From Candidatus Zhuqueibacterota bacterium (GTDB lineage: Bacteria > Zhuqueibacterota > Zhuqueibacteria > Thermofontimicrobiales > Thermofontimicrobiaceae), in assembly GCA_049322915.1 (NCBI GenBank), contig JBMOPW010000014.1:509527-573526 (forward strand): a DNA stretch of 64,000 nucleotides. The letters run 5' to 3'. Positions 59,025 to 64,000 of the stretch are shown here, piece by piece (the first letter of the stretch is position 1; each line of letters starts with the position of its first letter). A program made the position numbers and the translations under genes. The notes under the pieces are model-generated. The model saw nothing but the letters and a program-made list of their open reading frames with translations. It was not told the origin of the DNA and made no database searches.

Positions 59025-61931
59025 ATGAGGAAATTTCTGAATAGCTTCCAGTACAATATGAACTTGCTGCTCGTTGCAATAATTCCCTGGGTGAGTTGTC
59101 ACCGGAGCGGCAGCCGCGAACTGGTCAAAAAGAATTCTGTGTTTTACTCGCCCCGTGTTGTGGAAAAAATGCAGCGCGCAATCGGCTCGGATCCCTGGGC
59201 AGCCGACGTAAAAACGACCTGTCTCGAAAATGCCCGGCCGTGGCTGGAGTGCCCGGATGAAAAACTATGGTCAGCCATGTTCGGGCCCACCATTTCCCGA
59301 ACGTGGATGGTGTGGTCCAATGGCTATTGCCCATCGTGTAAAAAGTCCGTGCCCATGTACACCTGGAAAGTCGACCCGCTCCGGAATCCCTGGAAAGTGC
59401 AGTGCCCCCATTGCGCCGAAAATTTTCCCAGGAATGATTTTCTGGCTTTTTATCAATCCGGGCTGGACGAGCACGGCGTGTTCGATCCCCAGCGCGGCGA
59501 CAGGTCGCTGCTGTTCAATAGCGAGCATTCGGCTGTGGGCGATTCGCTTCGCACATTCGGCGTGGACGATGGCGAAGGATATGTCAACGGCCCCAATCGC
59601 TGGCGGTTCATCGGCGCGTACCTCATTCACGGCCAGTGGAAACGATTCGTGTACGACGGCATATTGAACCTCGCTCTGGCGTATCTGGTCAGTCAGGATT
59701 CGGTCAATGCGCACAAAGCCGGGATTCTGCTGGATCGCGTGGCAGATCTGTATCCGGGCTTCGATTTCGTCACCCAGGGGTACTCGTACGAAAGACAGGA
59801 CCCGATTTTGGGGCACGGCTATATTTCTGTCTGGCATGACGCCTGCGCCGAGACGCGCGAGATGGCCCTGGCCTACGATGCGATTTTCGATGCGCTGAAA
59901 AAGGACAAAGCGCTCGTTTCGTTTTTGGCGGAAAAAGCCCGGCAGCATAAACTGGCCAATGCCAAGTCGTCCTTCCAACTGATTCAGAAAAATATCGAGG
60001 ATCGAATATTCAGCGATGCGCTTCAGAATCGCCATAAGATCGAAAGCAATTTCCCGCAAACAGAAATCACTCAGGCGATTATTGAAACGGTGCTGCACTG
60101 GCCGGAGCAGCGCAGTCGCACGCTGGAGGCAATCGACGCGTTCATTTCACCCGGGCTGAGAAATGATGGACTGAGCGGCGAGAAGGGGCTCGCCGGCTAT
60201 GCAGTCGGCTTTCCGCGGTCGTTAGCGCAATTCCTGTCGCTGTACAATCAAATCGATGAAGGCCTGTTGAAGTCATTGTTCGAACGGCGCCCGGGCATCC
60301 AAAAGGCGTTCCGATTTCATGTCGATACCTGGGTTGACCAGTCGTATTACCCCAAAGTGGGTGATACCGGCGTCATCGGACAGAAGGACAGCCATTACGT
60401 CGGCGCGCAATTTTTGAAAAAGCCCATGCAGGAGCGGCCATCGATGTACGCGTTTCTCTCCATGTACTCGTTTTTCTGGAAGTTGTTCGAGCTGACAAAC
60501 GACACGGTCTACGTTCAGATTCTGTTCCGGGAAAATGAAAGCAATGCAGAGGGGCTGCCTTTTGATCTGCTGTGCGACGATCAGTCCGGATTCCAGGCCC
60601 GGGTGCAGCGCGTCATCGATGAGGCAGGGGAAAACGTGCCGGAATCGTCGGTGAATAAAACCGGATGGTGTCTGGGATTGCTTCGCGCCGGGACCAGTCC
60701 TCATCAGCGGACGGTGTGGCTCGACTACGATGTGGGCGGAAACCACTGTCACGCAGATGGCATGAATATGGGTTTGTTCGCGTACGGACTGGATATGATC
60801 CCCGGTTTTGGCTATCCCCCGGTGCAATTCGGCGGCTGGCATTCCCCCCGGGCCATCTGGTATCGCAAAACCGCTGCGCACAATACAGTGGTTGTCGATG
60901 GTATGGATCAGATTCCACATGTTGGGCAGCGCGAAACCGAACCATTGGCCGTGCAATTGAACCCGGAGAAGCGACTCGTACGCGGCAAAACAACGCTGTG
61001 GGCTGTGGGCGAGCATGTTCAGGCAATTCGGGCGACCGGGCCGGATTTGTACGGCGCCGGAAAATTGAAGCAATACGAACGCATGCTGATGCTGGTGGAT
61101 ATTTCAGAAAATGCAAGCTATGTGCTCGATGTCTTTCGCGTCGTCGGAGGGAGCGATCACGCGAAGTTTTTGCACGGCCATTTCGGAACCATGGAAACGA
61201 CCGGGCTCAATCTGTCGCCTCATCCTGATTTTGGCATGGAGACCCAGATGCGAAATTTCAATCGGGACGCCAACCCGGCGAGCGGATGGAGCGCCACGTG
61301 GCGTTTGCGCGACGTCCATTCCTATCTGCCGGATAGCGCCTCGGTATTCCTCCGCTATTTTGATCTCACGCGGAACGCTGCTGCTTTCACGGCAGAGACC
61401 TGGGTGGCGTTCGGATTTAATGACAGCAATGAGGCATGGCTGCCGTCGCTGGTGGTGCGGAATCACAGCGATGCTGCGTCACTTGCCACGAACTTCGTCG
61501 GTATTCTCGAACCATTCGAAACAGCGCCCCTGGTCAGATCTGTCAAACGGTACGACGTCATCAACAAACAGGGTGCACTCTATTCGGACATGAATGTCGC
61601 CCTCGAGGTGGAACTGGTGAATGGTTCGAGAGACATCCTCGTGTCGGTGGATGCGGAAAATCCACTGGCTGTTGAGCCATCGTGCACCGTGGAGAAATAC
61701 ATCAGGCTCCCGGAGTGGGATCTGGAAACGGATGCAGCGCTCTGTTTCATCCGCTTGAACCGGGAGCGTCAGATTCAGTCGATCGCCATTGCCGGTGGAA
61801 GCTTCGTGAACTGCGCCGGGGCGTCCCTGTCGCTGACTCGCCGGTCGGATTTTTTTGAAATCATAGTTGAAAATGGCAGACCGATTGTCCTGACCGGGGA
61901 CGAAGCTGACATTGAGCATATCTCCCTGTAG
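59025..61931 (+). CDS. heparinase II/III-family protein with an N-terminal CxxC...CxxC insert
   Basis: CPSC and CPHC pair; helical core; HCHADGMNMGLFAYG and AHNTVVVDG motifs; possible lipoprotein signal; start uncertain (58998/59025). Confidence 0.75.
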   Translation: MRKFLNSFQYNMNLLLVAIIPWVSCHRSGSRELVKKNSVFYSPRVVEKMQRAIGSDPWAADVKTTCLENARPWLECPDEKLWSAMFGPTISRTWMVWSNGYCPSCKKSVPMYTWKVDPLRNPWKVQCPHCAENFPRNDFLAFYQSGLDEHGVFDPQRGDRSLLFNSEHSAVGDSLRTFGVDDGEGYVNGPNRWRFIGAYLIHGQWKRFVYDGILNLALAYLVSQDSVNAHKAGILLDRVADLYPGFDFVTQGYSYERQDPILGHGYISVWHDACAETREMALAYDAIFDALKKDKALVSFLAEKARQHKLANAKSSFQLIQKNIEDRIFSDALQNRHKIESNFPQTEITQAIIETVLHWPEQRSRTLEAIDAFISPGLRNDGLSGEKGLAGYAVGFPRSLAQFLSLYNQIDEGLLKSLFERRPGIQKAFRFHVDTWVDQSYYPKVGDTGVIGQKDSHYVGAQFLKKPMQERPSMYAFLSMYSFFWKLFELTNDTVYVQILFRENESNAEGLPFDLLCDDQSGFQARVQRVIDEAGENVPESSVNKTGWCLGLLRAGTSPHQRTVWLDYDVGGNHCHADGMNMGLFAYGLDMIPGFGYPPVQFGGWHSPRAIWYRKTAAHNTVVVDGMDQIPHVGQRETEPLAVQLNPEKRLVRGKTTLWAVGEHVQAIRATGPDLYGAGKLKQYERMLMLVDISENASYVLDVFRVVGGSDHAKFLHGHFGTMETTGLNLSPHPDFGMETQMRNFNRDANPASGWSATWRLRDVHSYLPDSASVFLRYFDLTRNAAAFTAETWVAFGFNDSNEAWLPSLVVRNHSDAASLATNFVGILEPFETAPLVRSVKRYDVINKQGALYSDMNVALEVELVNGSRDILVSVDAENPLAVEPSCTVEKYIRLPEWDLETDAALCFIRLNRERQIQSIAIAGGSFVNCAGASLSLTRRSDFFEIIVENGRPIVLTGDEADIEHISL

Positions 61932-62222
61932 CGCTTCCCGCTGGCGTGTCGGGGTTAATGCAGGTAACCGTAGAAACTGGTCATTTCATCGGCAGCACAT
62001 TGAGACGAAGAAATCGCTTGATTTTTTGGACATCTTTGTGTAGTTTATCGTCAACTTTTTCAATAAGACCGATAGGTTATTTTTAAGAACTTTACCAGGT
62101 CAGATTGAGCCAATGTGGACATCAGAAATTAACTTTCGCAACGTGTGCAGGCGTTGTAACATAGCGTCGCATACCATTGCTGTGAAAATTAGTCGAAGTA
62201 AAAATAACAGTTGGAGGGTAAC

Positions 62223-62639
62223 GTGACACTTCATTTCTCAAACCTGAATCTCTGGGCTATTCTTGTCTGTATCGTCAGCAATATGGTCATTGGTGGACTG
62301 TGGTATTCGCCGATTCTGTTCGGGAACATCTGGCTGAAAAGCATCAACAAGAAAGCGAGCGACATCAGCAGAGAAGACGCTAACAAAACCATGATGATTA
62401 GCCTTATCCCGGCGATCCTGACGGTCTTCTTTCTGGCAGTCACCATCTCTTTCGTCAACGCTGTGACTGTAGTCGATGCGTTGGTTATTGGAACACTGGT
62501 GAGCCTGGGTTTCATCGGGATGAATCTCATAAATTTGGTTTTGTTCGAAAATCGCTCGATGAAACTCACGCTGATTAGCATCGGGTATTCATTTGTCTCA
62601 CTGAATATTGCCGCTGTCATTCTCACTCTGTGGAAATAG
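62223..62639 (+). CDS. DUF1761-like membrane protein
   Basis: NLWAILV, IGGLWYSPILFGNIW, LFENRS..L.LI..GY; about four TM helices. Confidence 0.75.
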   Translation: MTLHFSNLNLWAILVCIVSNMVIGGLWYSPILFGNIWLKSINKKASDISREDANKTMMISLIPAILTVFFLAVTISFVNAVTVVDALVIGTLVSLGFIGMNLINLVLFENRSMKLTLISIGYSFVSLNIAAVILTLWK

Positions 62640-62670
62640 CCGCGATTTACCAATTGGGCGCCGGGACACG

Positions 62671-62715
62671 TGCACGGGATGGCGCTGTCGGAATGAACTT
62701 GCGCCGTCCCGTACA
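62671..62715. repeat. GC-rich palindrome downstream of the DUF1761 gene
   Basis: TGCACGGGATGGCGC / GCGCCGTCCCGTACA. Confidence 0.45.
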
Positions 62716-63099
62716 ATGTGTGGCGTGCCGGAAAAATTACCGACCTGAAATTGCATCGGTTGCCCTGTGTCAATTGACCGCTTTTAACTCATTGCCTCAG
62801 TGAGACTCGTATCCCCCCATGATTCGATTCAGCCCCCAATTCGAAAATTAGCTGTGCGTCGTAGTTCACGGGACGATTCGATTGCGCCTGGTTTTTGTAA
62901 ACGTGAATAACGCAGCAGTGATCCAATTTTAACAGCATCGGAGTCCTGAAAAAATAGCGCAAGGTTTTTTCGCAGATGCCGTCTAATGAATTGAAACAGG
63001 ATGAAATTGTCCGAGTGGTCGGCGTCGCCGCCCTGTTGATGTTTCAAGTCGCATGCACTATTTTAACAAAAAATAATTATAACCTGAAAGGAAAAACGT

Positions 63100-63609
63100 A
63101 TGAAAACAAAACTGAGTTTGGGACTGGCAATCGCTGTCATCGTGATTGCGACTGTGGTGTTTGCCCAGATTCCGATCAAAGAGCGACAGGCCAGACAGCC
63201 TCGTCTGGATAAGCTTGAATTGACGGATGAGCAGGAATCGAAAATTCAGGATCTCCATCTTGCTTTGCAGAAAGAAATTCTTCCGATGACGAGTAAAATT
63301 CGCTCACTCGGGGATGAGATCAAACAGGAAATGATCGCTGAAAAATTCAACCAGTCCAAAGTGAAAGGCCTCATTGAACAGAAAGAGCAGATTCGAACTG
63401 AGATTCAGTTCAAACGAGCGCTCAATCAACGGGCAGTTCGCGAAATTCTGACTCCGGAACAGCAGAAGAAATTTGACCTGGGTGTGCTGCGCATGGGAAA
63501 GAGAATGGGAATGCGATTCCACGGCGAAGACAGGCGGCCCGGCCGACCCATGCGCATGGGCATGGATCAGCCGGAACCGGAAGCCCCACTGCCTGATCGG
63601 GAACAATAA
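63100..63609 (+). CDS. Spy/CpxP-family periplasmic protein
   Basis: Signal peptide, LELTDEQ and ILTPEQ LTxxQ motifs, Met/Arg/Gly-rich tail. Confidence 0.85.
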   Translation: MKTKLSLGLAIAVIVIATVVFAQIPIKERQARQPRLDKLELTDEQESKIQDLHLALQKEILPMTSKIRSLGDEIKQEMIAEKFNQSKVKGLIEQKEQIRTEIQFKRALNQRAVREILTPEQQKKFDLGVLRMGKRMGMRFHGEDRRPGRPMRMGMDQPEPEAPLPDREQ

Positions 63610-63640
63610 CGCGATTGGCGCCTGTGTCGAATGAAAATAG

Positions 63641-63675
63641 AATGGAGCAGATTGAGTTTTGCTCCATTTTTTTTT
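63641..63675 (+). terminator. intrinsic terminator of the Spy/CpxP gene
   Basis: AATGGAGCA...TGCTCCATT followed by a T-run. Confidence 0.65.
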
Positions 63676-63876
63676 GTTTGTCCGAAACGCGCAGTGAGCG
63701 TATGGAGAATAGGAAGTGAAAAATTCGTGACTGTTTAGTCATTTTCAGTACACAAAGACTGCCCTCCGATCGTTCGGGATATTCATCCCGAACCGTGCGC
63801 ACATTCCGGGACATAGGTCCCAGCCATTGCCCGCGCTGGAAGGATGTGAACCATCCGGAAAAATGTAATTAAAACG

Positions 63877-63909
63877 AAACCGGGTCTTGAAAAGAGGCCC
63901 GGTTTTTTT
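63877..63909 (+). terminator. terminator-like hairpin
   Basis: AAACCGGGTCT...AGGCCCGGTTT followed by a T-run. Confidence 0.5.
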
Positions 63910-64000
63910 ATGAGATGTCAATATTGTTTTCAAATAATGAGTTGATTCTTGGAAAAATTTTATTAAATTATCAAAATTACACCGAACAGGAATGTCGAAG

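Noticed and set aside
63676..63815. Hairpin GTTCGGGAT-ATTC-ATCCCGAAC with weak outer inverted ends as a mobile element
   Set aside because: The outer repeats are too degenerate and there is no target duplication or second copy in the window

Overview
A 64-kb bacterial chromosomal segment, mostly metabolic and envelope genes. The gene styles (TonB receptor + T9SS-CTD-like protein + PorV-like barrel, GWxTD protein, SGNH-TPR, 6-bladed propeller) suggest an FCB-group organism such as KSB1 or Calditrichota (inference). Contents in order: a pentose/pentitol cluster (araB, araD, Na+/solute symporter, Zn polyol dehydrogenase, atypical transketolase; no araA in the window); redox enzymes; a secreted multidomain GH13; upp; spmAB; a glcD/glcD/glcE/glcF set; an outer-membrane uptake/secretion operon; a NifS-SelD fusion; an amidase; and an aminotransferase-deacetylase-heparinase trio. 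The most notable structure is an integrase-less integron cassette array (about 25.6-29.7 kb) with five readable attC sites. Its cassettes look defence-related: a frameshifted PemK-type TA pair, a tandem TIR-TIR protein, a T5orf172/GIY-YIG nuclease, an AT-rich protein with an R-X4-H (HEPN-like) motif, and two membrane proteins. Other unannotated structure: two IS66-like MITEs (one with a perfect 8-bp target duplication), REP-like hairpin doublets, a 34-bp dispersed inverted repeat, a standalone Trp-periodic 59% D/E microprotein, and a leader-peptide plus terminator arrangement before the TonB receptor operon. No rRNA, tRNA or CRISPR array was recognised. All family calls come from reading motifs by eye; no database searches were run.
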